Notes: a model not told the origin generated them from the letters alone. DNA of 64,000 nucleotides from Armatimonadota bacterium (GCA_963677485.1 OY781964.1:3520001-3584000); one strand, 5' to 3'; counted from the first letter of the stretch, positions 48,366-58,679 are shown. Made by a program: numbers and translations.

Positions 48366-49133
48366 ATGAAAATCAATCGACGGTCAACCTGTTCCCATTT
48401 GACCATCACAATGGCTATGGGCGCGTTGCTCGTTCCGCTGTTCGCTTCTACGGCTGTGACAGCGGCTCCTAAGCCTGCTCCTGAGGTGACAAAGAGCCTG
48501 CTGGTGATGCCGGTCGAAAAGAACTACACGGAAGAGAGTACCGAATCATTCCTTCAAGATTTTGGCCGCTCTCTACGCGGTGCAGTCACTTTGAACTCCA
48601 ACATGGAAGTGGTGGAATTCACAGAGAAGGACCCCTCAGTCCAGCGCGCTTTGACTGAAAGCTCAATCCGACGTGAAGATGTCAAGCGGGCCAGTGAAAA
48701 TGCCTCAGTTACCGCTCGAATCGCCACTGAACTTGGCGCAGACTTTGCACTAACCACTTCGGTAGACGAGTATACCTATGATGCAGATAAAGGCACTCTG
48801 AGTGCGTCCGTCAGCTGTCAAGTGGTTGATGTTCACAGCAAGCGTGGTGTCAAGGTAGTGGTTTCGAAAGCTGATGTCTCAGGAGACCGTTCTGTGTTTC
48901 AGGCCGATCTAGAGGCATCGTTGCGAGCGAAGTTGGCTAACAAAGTCGCCATCGAACTTTATGGTGCGATGCCTGCAGTAGAGGCAACAGCACCCAAAAT
49001 CAAGAAGAAGAACAATAACAACGTGATATGGTGGATGTTGGGTGCAGGCGTGATTGCCGCGGTTGCTGGCAGCAGCAGTGGCGGTGGTAGCGGTTCTGGG
49101 AACACTATCGTCAATCCTCCAGGAACCCCATAG
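48366..49133 (+). CDS. Exported CsgG/TolB_N-like protein with basic-hydrophobic-Gly-Pro C-terminus
   Basis: LLVMP..IATELGADFALTTSV..QVVDV; tail KIKKK..WWMLGAGVIAAVAGSSSGGG..PPGTP. Confidence 0.55.
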   Translation: MKINRRSTCSHLTITMAMGALLVPLFASTAVTAAPKPAPEVTKSLLVMPVEKNYTEESTESFLQDFGRSLRGAVTLNSNMEVVEFTEKDPSVQRALTESSIRREDVKRASENASVTARIATELGADFALTTSVDEYTYDADKGTLSASVSCQVVDVHSKRGVKVVVSKADVSGDRSVFQADLEASLRAKLANKVAIELYGAMPAVEATAPKIKKKNNNNVIWWMLGAGVIAAVAGSSSGGGSGSGNTIVNPPGTP

Positions 49134-49145
49134 CGCGAACAGTTA

Positions 49146-51095
49146 GTGCTATTGTTTCATCGAAATAAGCTCCGCCGCCTTGCAGTTTACTGCTGGGCGG
49201 CGATTCTATTGCTTTTGTGCACGATGTGTATGGCCGCACCTGTGAGCCTCGAAATCAGGCCTGAACCTCCTCGTATGGTTGCCGATGGAAAGAGCGTGGG
49301 TATTATCAATATCAACGCGAGAGATGCCAGCGGCCGTCCCGTTTCCGATGGAACCACCGTGCAGCTTACCGCTACATTGGGCCAACTCCGCGATAATTCA
49401 GTATCGACCACAAACGGAATGGCCACAGTAGAAATTGTCAGTGCCGCCATAAAGGGTAAAGGCACTATCACCGCCAGTATCCCGGGGCAGGCGATTGCCA
49501 GTGTGCAGATAGCATTTGTGGATGAAGCTGATGCCTCCGTTGAGATTCCAGATTACTTTTCGCTCGATGGTGGAGGTTATCTCGCCTACAGTAGTGACTA
49601 TAGGATCATCGAAGCCTTCAGTGAAAAAGAAGCTACATTTTCGGGAGGACAGGTTTCTGTTATGTCACTATCCTGGCAGTATGATACGCGCAGTAATGGT
49701 TTGGTTGCACATCAAGCTGTCTTAACGAGACGCGGCAAGACGCAGAACTATTATCGACTGTTATATTACCCCTTGAGCGACAGCGGTATCGGGCTCATTG
49801 AAAAAGATGATGGATCTATTGAGACTGTCATGCTCGAGCAAGGCGAATTGAAAAAGCCTGATGCAATCGTTAGCCCACACCTGTTTGACCTCAAGGAAAT
49901 GTCTGACAGCCAGGTGCTCTTCAGTATGAGCCGTGGCGTTTTGGTTCCAAACCAGCGGATTCAGATGTTCAAAGTGCGAATGTATGTGTCAGGGATGAAG
50001 GCGGTGTCTATTCCGCTGTATGACATGTCGCTGCAAAGTCAAGAGCCACTTGGTCAGTCGTTCCTGGGAGCATCCAGCAATGGTCTCACCGTCGATCTGC
50101 CCATATATTACAGTATGCGGCCTGGCAGCGTCGGTGCATTACACATCCGCAGAGGACAGGTTTATTCCAGCGCCGCTGATGGTGGTGAAAAAGTATGGTC
50201 CTTGGATCTTGTGCAGAACTACTCCAAATCGGGCAAATCGCAAGGCGAATTTGGCATTTACAGAGCGAACCGAGATGACTGGTCAGTGCGCTGGAACCAC
50301 AACGTCACTTTCAACAAGAAGTCCTCTGGCTACATATATCTTGATACACCCTCGAATAGCGCTGTGTTTGGTAATACCGGCTATTCGCTACGGACGAACT
50401 CTGGCCGACTTGGGCTTAGCTTGAGCGGCAATAGCGAGTTCTCAGGCGATGAAGCACGCTCGGCGAGGGGACAGGCGTTCTGGGAAACCAAGCCGATAAA
50501 CCTGACCTCAAGGCTGCGCATGACGGTGTCACCAAGCGTTAGCTACGAGTGGATGCAGATGCTGAGCACCATCCGGCAACAGACTTTATACGGAACGACC
50601 GCCAGATTTTACACGGATCCTTACCGTGCTCTAGGTTTTAGGTTCATACCAACCGCCAGCATTGGTTATCGTGATGGCAATGAAAGCAATCGTGGTGTCA
50701 CACAGGATGCCACGATAATGGGCATTCGCGACCTGGGCAACCTGGGGGCTCTGAGCCTTGTCTACAACTATCATGACAGCCCACAGGAGACATACACTAG
50801 TAAACAAATGTTGAGTGCCCAACTTAGCCTGATGCCAGTAAAGTGGATGAACCTTAGCGTGGGCGGAAGCAAAGCTCTCGATATCCAAAATGACTCGCTG
50901 GTGGGAAGCCTGGCGTTTAAGCTGGGTGATGCGTTGCTGTTGGGTGCGGACTATTCGGGCAGCAGATATCTTGAAGACCAGTATGATGAACTGGTGATGT
51001 GGCTGGGCTACCGTCTAGGGGTGAGGCAAATGAACTTCAGTTGGAGCAACAAGACCCACACATGGCGGTTTGATATCTTGAACGCTAGCTGGTGA
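49146..51095 (+). CDS. Invasin/Big_1-type Ig domain + probable outer-membrane beta-barrel (LptD-like layout)
   Basis: ADGKS..RDASGRPVSDGTTV..ATLG..TTNGMA; LTVDLPIYY; alternating aromatic-rich strands; terminal Trp. Confidence 0.6.
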   Translation: MLLFHRNKLRRLAVYCWAAILLLLCTMCMAAPVSLEIRPEPPRMVADGKSVGIININARDASGRPVSDGTTVQLTATLGQLRDNSVSTTNGMATVEIVSAAIKGKGTITASIPGQAIASVQIAFVDEADASVEIPDYFSLDGGGYLAYSSDYRIIEAFSEKEATFSGGQVSVMSLSWQYDTRSNGLVAHQAVLTRRGKTQNYYRLLYYPLSDSGIGLIEKDDGSIETVMLEQGELKKPDAIVSPHLFDLKEMSDSQVLFSMSRGVLVPNQRIQMFKVRMYVSGMKAVSIPLYDMSLQSQEPLGQSFLGASSNGLTVDLPIYYSMRPGSVGALHIRRGQVYSSAADGGEKVWSLDLVQNYSKSGKSQGEFGIYRANRDDWSVRWNHNVTFNKKSSGYIYLDTPSNSAVFGNTGYSLRTNSGRLGLSLSGNSEFSGDEARSARGQAFWETKPINLTSRLRMTVSPSVSYEWMQMLSTIRQQTLYGTTARFYTDPYRALGFRFIPTASIGYRDGNESNRGVTQDATIMGIRDLGNLGALSLVYNYHDSPQETYTSKQMLSAQLSLMPVKWMNLSVGGSKALDIQNDSLVGSLAFKLGDALLLGADYSGSRYLEDQYDELVMWLGYRLGVRQMNFSWSNKTHTWRFDILNASW

Positions 51096-51155
51096 TGTAG
51101 TTCCTCAGCATTTATTGTGTCATGATCCCGTTTGACCATGAAGTAATAGAAGCAC

Positions 51156-51180
51156 AAGAGGCGCAGTATCTGCGCCTCTT
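51156..51180. terminator. Terminator hairpin between convergent genes
   Basis: AAGAGGCGCAG-TAT-CTGCGCCTCTT followed by CGTTGTTT. Confidence 0.7.
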
Positions 51181-51186
51181 CGTTGT

Positions 51187-52671
51187 TTACTGGCTTTTCG
51201 CCTTTTGAACATCAAGCGCGCGATGGTAGAGCTGCTCATATTTACCGGCGGGCCGATGCCAACCAAAGTCGCTGTTCAGGGCCGTGTGAACCAGATATTT
51301 CCAGACATCCGGCTCGTTTTGGTAGGTGTGAACGGCACGCAGCAGCGTCTTCTGAAGCTCCTCGGCAGTCGGCACGTTGAAGGTGAAGCCATTGCCGATG
51401 CGGGTGGAGGGGGAGTAGTCGATGATGGTATCAGCCAGTCCTCCTGTGGTGCGCACAACGGGAATGGTGCCGTATCGTAAAGCCATCAACTGACCAAGCC
51501 CGCAGGGTTCAAACCGGCTGGGCATCAGGAATATGTCGGCGGATGAATAGATGCGGTGGGCCAGGGGCTCATCAAACCTGATGAGTGCTTTCATCTGACC
51601 AGGCATCCGCCGTTCGAGAGTCAATAAGTAGTCCCGGAAGTGCTCATCACCGATGCCCAGTGCCACAAACTGCGCACCCGTCTCTTTCATCACGGGTTCG
51701 ATGGTCTCTTCGATGAGATCAAGCCCTTTTTGCTCTGCCAGCCGGCTGATCATGCCGATCACAGGAACATCAGGGTTGATCTCAAGGCCACATTCCTTCT
51801 GAAGCGCCTCTTTACAGACCGCTTTGCCTGAGATATCGTCCGTGTTGAAATGAGCCGCGATCTCATGGTCATTGGCGGGGTCGTATACTGTGTCATCTAT
51901 GCCGTTGAGGATGCCGAACAGCCGATCCTCGCGATGAAGATTGCCCATCACGCCATCTAGACCGCAACCATATTCTGGGGTGAGTATCTCACGCGAGTAG
52001 GTCATGCTGACCGTATTTACAGCATCCGAACCGGTCAGGCCAGCCTTCAGGAAATTCAACTGACCATAACACTCTACGCCATCGATGCCCCACAGACTGT
52101 TTGGTAGCCCCGATGTTTGAAATATCTCCCAGTTGAACTGTCCTTGATAAGCCAGGTTGTGAATGGTATAGGCTGTGGCGACATCCTTCAAGCGGGGACG
52201 GGAATCACGCAACTGATTGAGGTAGTGAGGTAGGAGCCCAGTGTGCCAATCGTTGATATGAATGATATCCGGGGTCCAGCCGAGTATATCAGGCAGTTCC
52301 AGTGCGGCGCGGTCGAGGAATAAGTAGGCGAGGGGGTCACTGGTGTAGACCTTAGTGCTGTCTGAGGCATCGGTGAAATACTTATAGTGCCCGAGCATAT
52401 ACACAGGGGTTCCGTCCGATAAATAAGTCACACTCACATGCGCGTGGGTCTGCCACTTGTCACTTATCTGAACGGGTATCCGATTCTGTATAGTCTTTGG
52501 CGAAACCTTTGGATCTTTTTCATTCATGCTGTAGGATGGCATGAGGATACGCACATCATGCCCCATCGCCCGGAGTGCCTTCGGTAATGATCCTGCGACA
52601 TCGGCAAGACCGCCGACTTTAGCTAACGGGGCGACCTCGACGGACACGAATAGTATTTTAAGTGAATCCAT
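51187..52671 (-). CDS. glgA: Glycogen synthase (GT5)
   Basis: KVGGLADV, HINDWHT, TIHNLAYQG, SRLAEQKG, PSRFEPCGL, TGGLADT. Confidence 0.95.
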   Translation of the reverse strand: MDSLKILFVSVEVAPLAKVGGLADVAGSLPKALRAMGHDVRILMPSYSMNEKDPKVSPKTIQNRIPVQISDKWQTHAHVSVTYLSDGTPVYMLGHYKYFTDASDSTKVYTSDPLAYLFLDRAALELPDILGWTPDIIHINDWHTGLLPHYLNQLRDSRPRLKDVATAYTIHNLAYQGQFNWEIFQTSGLPNSLWGIDGVECYGQLNFLKAGLTGSDAVNTVSMTYSREILTPEYGCGLDGVMGNLHREDRLFGILNGIDDTVYDPANDHEIAAHFNTDDISGKAVCKEALQKECGLEINPDVPVIGMISRLAEQKGLDLIEETIEPVMKETGAQFVALGIGDEHFRDYLLTLERRMPGQMKALIRFDEPLAHRIYSSADIFLMPSRFEPCGLGQLMALRYGTIPVVRTTGGLADTIIDYSPSTRIGNGFTFNVPTAEELQKTLLRAVHTYQNEPDVWKYLVHTALNSDFGWHRPAGKYEQLYHRALDVQKAKSQ

Positions 52672-52873
52672 ATCGTACCTCTCGTTCCTGTGTTCTGACC
52701 ACTATTTCCAGTTTACCCGCTATGAGCATACAAACAACCATCGCCGCCACTCTCGAGGTTCTGGCTTAAACATATCTCCTTTGTCCGGCGAGTGCCTGCA
52801 TAGCTATGCTTGCAATGGTTCTATAATGGTGCTAAAATAGCCGCGTTACTAATGAAATCTATGGGAGGGTGAT

Positions 52874-54793
52874 ATGAATTATTTCATGACCTTAGGATTG
52901 GTAGTGTTGGCCGCGGTTGTTCATGCCGCACCCGTGACAGTGCCATTAAGTAGTCTGCAAATTGAACGTATCGAACAAGGCTGGGGCACACCACACGCCA
53001 ACCAGTCGGTGGAGGGCAACCCCATCAAACTAGGTGGTACACGCTATTCGTCAGGGATCGGAACTCATGCCAATTCGATCTTCGCGGTGAAGCTAAGCGG
53101 CAAGGCAGTTCGCTTTACCAGCGCTGTCGGCATTGATGATGAAAAGACCGGACCTGGACACGCGGTGTTTTCGGTCTGGGCGAACGGCAAGAAACTGGCT
53201 GAATCGCCAATGATGCGTTACGGCCAAAAAGCGCATATCTTTGACCTTGATGTCAGCAAATTGGATGTCATCGTGCTGAAGGTCGATACGGACAACGTCG
53301 ACTCGGCTCATTCCGACTGGGCTGACGCCATGGTCTCGATGGTTGATGCCAGCGTGAAGCCGGAGATCATCGCCACACCGGCGGACAAGTCGGTACCGGC
53401 GATAGCACACATCGTGCCCGGAAAACCCCGCATCAACGGTCCTTCAGTGGTGGGCTGCACGCCTGGATATGATTTCGTCTATCTGGTGCCGGTCTCCGCG
53501 GCATGCCCAGTGACCGTCACCGCCAAGGGGCTACCAGCAGGGCTGACCATCGACTCAAAGACCGGTATCATCACGGGCAAAGTGAAATCGGCTGGTGATT
53601 ACAATGTGAGCCTGAAAGTAAGCGGTGCTCTAGGGAGCAACCAACGCATTCTGAAGATAGTGGCTGGCAAAGACAAATTGGCTTTGACCCCACCCATGGG
53701 CTGGAACAGTTGGAACTGCTGGGCAGGTGCTATCGATGACGCCAAGGTTCGCGCCGCTGCGGATGCCTTCGTGAAAAGCGGGCTGGCATCTCACGGCTAT
53801 CAATATGTCAATATCGACGACTGCTGGCAGGCTGGACGTGATGCCAACGGGAACGTCGTGGCAAACTCGAAGTTTCCTGACATGCCCGCGCTGGCTGATT
53901 ATGTGCATAGCAAAGGCTTGAAGGTCGGTCTCTACTCTTCACCCGGCCCACAGACCTGCGGCGGATATGAAGGCAGTTATCAGCACGAAGAGCAGGACGC
54001 AGCAACATGGGCAGCCTGGGGATTTGACTATGTGAAATACGACTGGTGCAGTTATGGCAACATCGCCAAACCCGGCCTGGCCGAGATGATCAAACCCTAT
54101 CGTGTGATGCGTAAGGGCCTCGATAAGGCACCACGCGACATCGTCTTCTCCTATTGTCAGTATGGCATGGGTGAGCCATGGAAGTGGGGTCCAAAAGAGG
54201 GCGGTAATCTGTGGCGTACCACCGGTGATATTACCGACAGTTGGAGCTCAATGACCGGCAATTTGTTATGGCAGTCCAACATTGCGCAGTACTCATCACC
54301 AGGCCACTGGAATGATCCTGACATGCTGGTTTTGGGTTGGGTAGGATGGGGCCCATCATTGCACCCCACACGCATGACAGCTCAAGAACAACTGACGCAC
54401 ATGACGCTGTGGTGCATGAATGCCTCACCGCTGCTTATCGGCTGTGATTTGAACCGTCTTGACGGCTACACACTGGATCTGCTGACAAACGACGAAGTGC
54501 TGGCTGTCAACCAAGATGCGCTTGGTAAGGGTGGGAAGATAGTGCTCAAGCGGGACGAAGTCCAGGTTTGGATGAAGCCGCTGGCAGATGGCTCAACCGC
54601 CATTTCTGTGACCAACCTGAACTGGACAGCTGTGAATTTCGCGTTCACTATGAAGGAGTGTGGCCTGTCCGATGGGATGAGTGCGCGCGACCTGTGGAAG
54701 CAGAAATCGGCTGGTAGCCAGTTGAAGGCAATGAACGTGAAACTCGGCGGCCATGGTTCCGCCATGTATAAGCTGACCAAGCCGAAAAAGTAG
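52874..54793 (+). CDS. Secreted GH27 alpha-galactosidase with NPCBM and Ig-like domains
   Basis: GIGTHA..DWAD (NPCBM); GLPAGLTID; TPPMGWNSWN, IDDCW, KYDWC, WRTTGDI, WNDPDML. Confidence 0.93.
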   Translation: MNYFMTLGLVVLAAVVHAAPVTVPLSSLQIERIEQGWGTPHANQSVEGNPIKLGGTRYSSGIGTHANSIFAVKLSGKAVRFTSAVGIDDEKTGPGHAVFSVWANGKKLAESPMMRYGQKAHIFDLDVSKLDVIVLKVDTDNVDSAHSDWADAMVSMVDASVKPEIIATPADKSVPAIAHIVPGKPRINGPSVVGCTPGYDFVYLVPVSAACPVTVTAKGLPAGLTIDSKTGIITGKVKSAGDYNVSLKVSGALGSNQRILKIVAGKDKLALTPPMGWNSWNCWAGAIDDAKVRAAADAFVKSGLASHGYQYVNIDDCWQAGRDANGNVVANSKFPDMPALADYVHSKGLKVGLYSSPGPQTCGGYEGSYQHEEQDAATWAAWGFDYVKYDWCSYGNIAKPGLAEMIKPYRVMRKGLDKAPRDIVFSYCQYGMGEPWKWGPKEGGNLWRTTGDITDSWSSMTGNLLWQSNIAQYSSPGHWNDPDMLVLGWVGWGPSLHPTRMTAQEQLTHMTLWCMNASPLLIGCDLNRLDGYTLDLLTNDEVLAVNQDALGKGGKIVLKRDEVQVWMKPLADGSTAISVTNLNWTAVNFAFTMKECGLSDGMSARDLWKQKSAGSQLKAMNVKLGGHGSAMYKLTKPKK

Positions 54794-54978
54794 GGCACGG
54801 CGTGCCGTGCCCAGATTTTCGGTGGACATAATGGTAGGGGCATCGCGTGCGGTGCCCCTGTCCCCCGGGAACGCCAATCTCCCGATTGGCCTCCCTCCCC
54901 ATCCGCGTTTATCCGCGTCCATCTGCGGTTTTTAATCCGGCTAGGGCGTCCGATTGGGCGGGGAGACCCCGCCCCTAC
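54790..54978. repeat. Cluster of REP-like palindromes between convergent genes
   Basis: GTAG+hairpin at 54790-54812, 54834-54859 and (minus) 54956-54978; GCCAATCTCCCGATTGGC; 10-nt tandem ATC(C/T)GCG repeats 54901-54930. Confidence 0.7.
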
Positions 54979-56018
54979 GAGCGTGCGATCATTTCACGTA
55001 TCCGGCCGTGTATCGCCTTCGCATCGTCCACACTGCCGGCCCACGGGTTGAACAGGTAACGGGTGCCTGGCAGAGCCATATCAAGCAGGTTCCGTACCAT
55101 CGCTTCGTCAGTCCATAGCATCAACACCGACTTGTTTTCAAACGCCTCAACAGCAGGACGGGCGCCTGGTGACTGGAACATGCGGTTGATGGCGCGCAGA
55201 TTCTTGAGCCGTGTGAAGTTTTCATACTGATGGTCTGCTGTGGCGCAGCAATGGATGAACAGGCCTCCAAACCGCTCGCTCAGCTTGTTCAGGCTGGGAG
55301 CCGTGAACTGCTCGAACATGGCCGTGGAGATGCTCCCCACCTCATCTTCCGACAGGCAGATGCCCATGTTGTCCGGCGTCCAGACATACGGCACGTGGCT
55401 CAAACAGCCGGTGGGGTTCTGCCGCAGGAACTCGGCGGTGAACATCTCCACTAGCCTGCGGCACTTGTCGATTAAGCGGCTGACGGACTCCGGTTCCTCA
55501 TGCATAGCCGGGAACATATCTTCTTTTCGCCATATCAATGCGGCGATATCCAGCGGGCTTTGCACATCGGGTACGGCTATGATGGCGTCCTTACCCAGCC
55601 TCTGCTGCAGCGCGGCGGCCATCTCGAAAACCCTGTCCAGGCACCTAGCATTCAGAGAGGGTTCAGGCAGCGCATCCGCCTGTTCTGCCGTGGTGACCAG
55701 CGGCAGGGCGCAGGGGATGTTGTTGGGGTAGACATGCACCTCACAGCCATAGGCGTCTGCAAAAAGCTGCGTGCCTGAGACGAGGCTGGCGATGGGCACG
55801 CTGTCGTCACCGGTTTGCTCGTGCCAGTCCATGCGCTGTTCATATAGCCGAACCATTTGGGGGATCCACTCCGCGATCGGCATGGCTGATGTGGTGAAGT
55901 CGCCATCTGACCAGTCCACCGGGCCGTAACCCGCGTCCATAATCACACCATAACGCTCAAACTCTCCGGTAAACAGGTTCGTCAGGAACTTTTTGTTCTC
56001 AGGGATTCTGGTGCTCAT
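54975..56018 (-). CDS. Divergent UroD/MtaA superfamily protein
   Basis: PDVQSPLDIAALIW, SEDEVGSIS..MFEQF..P, IHCCA. Confidence 0.7.
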   Translation of the reverse strand: MSTRIPENKKFLTNLFTGEFERYGVIMDAGYGPVDWSDGDFTTSAMPIAEWIPQMVRLYEQRMDWHEQTGDDSVPIASLVSGTQLFADAYGCEVHVYPNNIPCALPLVTTAEQADALPEPSLNARCLDRVFEMAAALQQRLGKDAIIAVPDVQSPLDIAALIWRKEDMFPAMHEEPESVSRLIDKCRRLVEMFTAEFLRQNPTGCLSHVPYVWTPDNMGICLSEDEVGSISTAMFEQFTAPSLNKLSERFGGLFIHCCATADHQYENFTRLKNLRAINRMFQSPGARPAVEAFENKSVLMLWTDEAMVRNLLDMALPGTRYLFNPWAGSVDDAKAIHGRIREMIARS

Positions 56019-56250
56019 GCGGCTTCTCCAAGCTTAATGCGAATGATGATATCCGGTCTGGTGATGCTATGTATATGAACTGTAACAACAACAGGGCTAT
56101 TTGTCAAAATACCAAAATGCAGTCTCCGGGCAGTCTGAACTCGTGGCTCATCTATTACTGGCGACACCCAACCTCGGTCCGTTACAGGATTATAACAGCT
56201 GCGCGTTGAATACCTATAGCAGTAAAAGCTATTCCACTTTGGAGGCCACT

Positions 56251-58209
56251 ATGAGCGCACCGCCACAGCCACCCTCACATGACACCGCCCAGCCGAAAGT
56301 GCGGCTGGGAGCCATCATACTGGCCTTGTTACTAATCCCGGTCAACAGCTATTGGATTGTGCGCAGCGAGGCGATGGACTACAGCGGCTTCCCAACGATC
56401 ATCTCGCTGTTTTACAACGTCATCTTCAGCATCATGGTCCTGCTGGTATCCAATATGGTTGCCAGGAAAGTGGCCCCAAAGCTGGCCCTGAACCAGTGGG
56501 AGCTGCTGGTGGTCTATGCGATGGTGGCCACCGGCAGCAGCTTTGCGGGGCATGACTACCTGCAGATGTTGGTGCCCAGTCTGGCGCATCACACGGTGTT
56601 TGGTACCTCGTTTAATCACTGGCATGAGATGGTGTCCTCCAATCTACCCGACTGGATGGCCATCAACCACGACAGCGAGGCCGTGCGCGCATTCGAACGC
56701 GGGCACTCTACGCTCTACCGCTGGGATCACATCAAGATATGGCTGGTGCCGATGGGCACTTGGGGCATCTTTCTGATGTGTACCGCGATGGCCACGCTGA
56801 GTATCTGCGTGCTGCTGCGTCGGCAGTGGATAGAGAATGAGAAACTCAGCTTCCCGATAGTGCAGATCCCGTTGTTGATCACAGAAGAGGGTGGGGCTGG
56901 GCCGATTTTCAAAAGCAAGCTGTTTTGGATCGGATTTGCGATTGCAGCCTACCTGGATATTCATAACGGCCTGGCGGCTTTGGTTCCTACCATACCGGCT
57001 ATCATGGTCAAGCAAAAAGACATCGGCACCTGGGTCACGTTCAATGCGCCTTGGAATGCGATCGGGCCGACCAATATCAGCTTCTACCCGTTCGCCATTG
57101 GGTTGAGCTATTTCATGCCCACAAACCTGGCATTTTCAAGCTGGTTCTTTTTCTGGGTTCGTAAGCTTCAGCAGGTGGCCTGCAGTTCGCTGGGTTGGAG
57201 CGGTCTGGACGCGAATATGCCGTATGTGAAAGAACAGTCATTTGGTGCCCTGATGGTGATTGTCATCTTTGCGCTATGGATGAGCCGGGGGCATCTGAGC
57301 ACACTGTGGAAGATGGCCTGGAGCGGCGCGGGTAGACAGGACAGCGAGGGGCGGGAGTACCGTGGCGCGTTGGTCATGTTGGGCGCCAGTCTGCTGGGCA
57401 TGGTGCTGTTTCTGGCCGTTGGCGGGATGAGCTGGTGGGTGGCTGTGTTGTATGTGACGCTGTATATTCTCTTATGCACCTCCATCGGACGGATCAGGGC
57501 GGAACTGGGTGCCCCTGCGCACGAATTCGGCAGCATGGGCTCGTCACACATGATGGTCTACAGCCTGGGCAGCACGCTGCTGGGTCCGCATAACCTGACC
57601 ATACTTGGGATTCTATGGTTCCAGAACCGAATGTACCGCGGACTGTTGATGCCCCAACAGGTGGAGTGTTTGAAGGCTGCACACCATGTTGGAATGAAGC
57701 CCCGTTATATGGTGGGGGTGCTGGCTGCAGCGGCCTTCGTGGGCATCCTGGCGGGATACTGGGCATTACTGCATCACAGCTACGCCCGCATATTGCCGGC
57801 GTATATTCATCCCGGCGCACCCGGCAGCGCGTTCGCCGCGGAGTACCTGATCATCTTGAATAGCTGGATGGGAGCCCCTATTGAGCCGAAGGTGGCCAAC
57901 ATGACGGCGATAGGCGTGGGAGCCGCCATCACCCTCTTACTGACTAAGCTGAGTATGATTTGGCATGGAAACCCCTTCCACCCGGCAGGATATGCGCTGG
58001 GCATGGCTTTTGGTTTGGATTACATCTGGTGCCCCATCATGATTAGTTGGGCGCTGAAGAGCTTCATACTGCGCATTTACGGGTTGAAAGGCTATCGCTG
58101 GGCGATGCCGTTCTTTGTGGGCCTGGTACTTGGTGAGTTTGCGGTAGGCGGGTTGTGGAGCTGTATCCGTGGGCTAAGCGGTATCCCAACTTACTCGTTC
58201 TACCTGTAG
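56251..58209 (+). CDS. Polytopic membrane protein, DUF6785/DUF6784-like (putative transporter)
   Basis: Many TM segments; LRRQWIENEKLSFP, RIRAELG, PFHPAGY, PFFVGLVLGE; start moved to ATG 56251 behind GGAGG. Confidence 0.75.
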   Translation: MSAPPQPPSHDTAQPKVRLGAIILALLLIPVNSYWIVRSEAMDYSGFPTIISLFYNVIFSIMVLLVSNMVARKVAPKLALNQWELLVVYAMVATGSSFAGHDYLQMLVPSLAHHTVFGTSFNHWHEMVSSNLPDWMAINHDSEAVRAFERGHSTLYRWDHIKIWLVPMGTWGIFLMCTAMATLSICVLLRRQWIENEKLSFPIVQIPLLITEEGGAGPIFKSKLFWIGFAIAAYLDIHNGLAALVPTIPAIMVKQKDIGTWVTFNAPWNAIGPTNISFYPFAIGLSYFMPTNLAFSSWFFFWVRKLQQVACSSLGWSGLDANMPYVKEQSFGALMVIVIFALWMSRGHLSTLWKMAWSGAGRQDSEGREYRGALVMLGASLLGMVLFLAVGGMSWWVAVLYVTLYILLCTSIGRIRAELGAPAHEFGSMGSSHMMVYSLGSTLLGPHNLTILGILWFQNRMYRGLLMPQQVECLKAAHHVGMKPRYMVGVLAAAAFVGILAGYWALLHHSYARILPAYIHPGAPGSAFAAEYLIILNSWMGAPIEPKVANMTAIGVGAAITLLLTKLSMIWHGNPFHPAGYALGMAFGLDYIWCPIMISWALKSFILRIYGLKGYRWAMPFFVGLVLGEFAVGGLWSCIRGLSGIPTYSFYL

Positions 58210-58679
58210 CTCTTGATTACCGGACGGATCATGCTCGATGGGTGACGACTGACCAATGTGGGGGTAGTTTGAGATGGCCGCGAATCGAGAATTACAGTAA
58301 AAATACCAGATTATTTGGTAGGTTTGCTTGTATATGATCTTACGAATTCGTGCTCAGGTGCTTGATAGAATCATACATACTGGCTGTGAAACACTTCCTA
58401 ATCCGTGCTTGATAGTGGACGAACATGTAGCTATCTTGTTTCCAGCGAGACTATCACGTCGAATTCTTTATACATTGCACAATGGACGTGGCTCTGGCAT
58501 ACTGACTTTACCCCGGAAGGGATGCTGCCTGTGATATAGACGAGGCGAATTACCTTCCACGCAATATGCAGTAAAAGCCTTCATTTGGACGCTCATCATG
58601 AGCGTTAGGTTATTGCGGTTCGCCAGGTACTAACCTGGGGTTACGCGATTTATTGTAAGGAATCGAGAGAGGCCAATGC

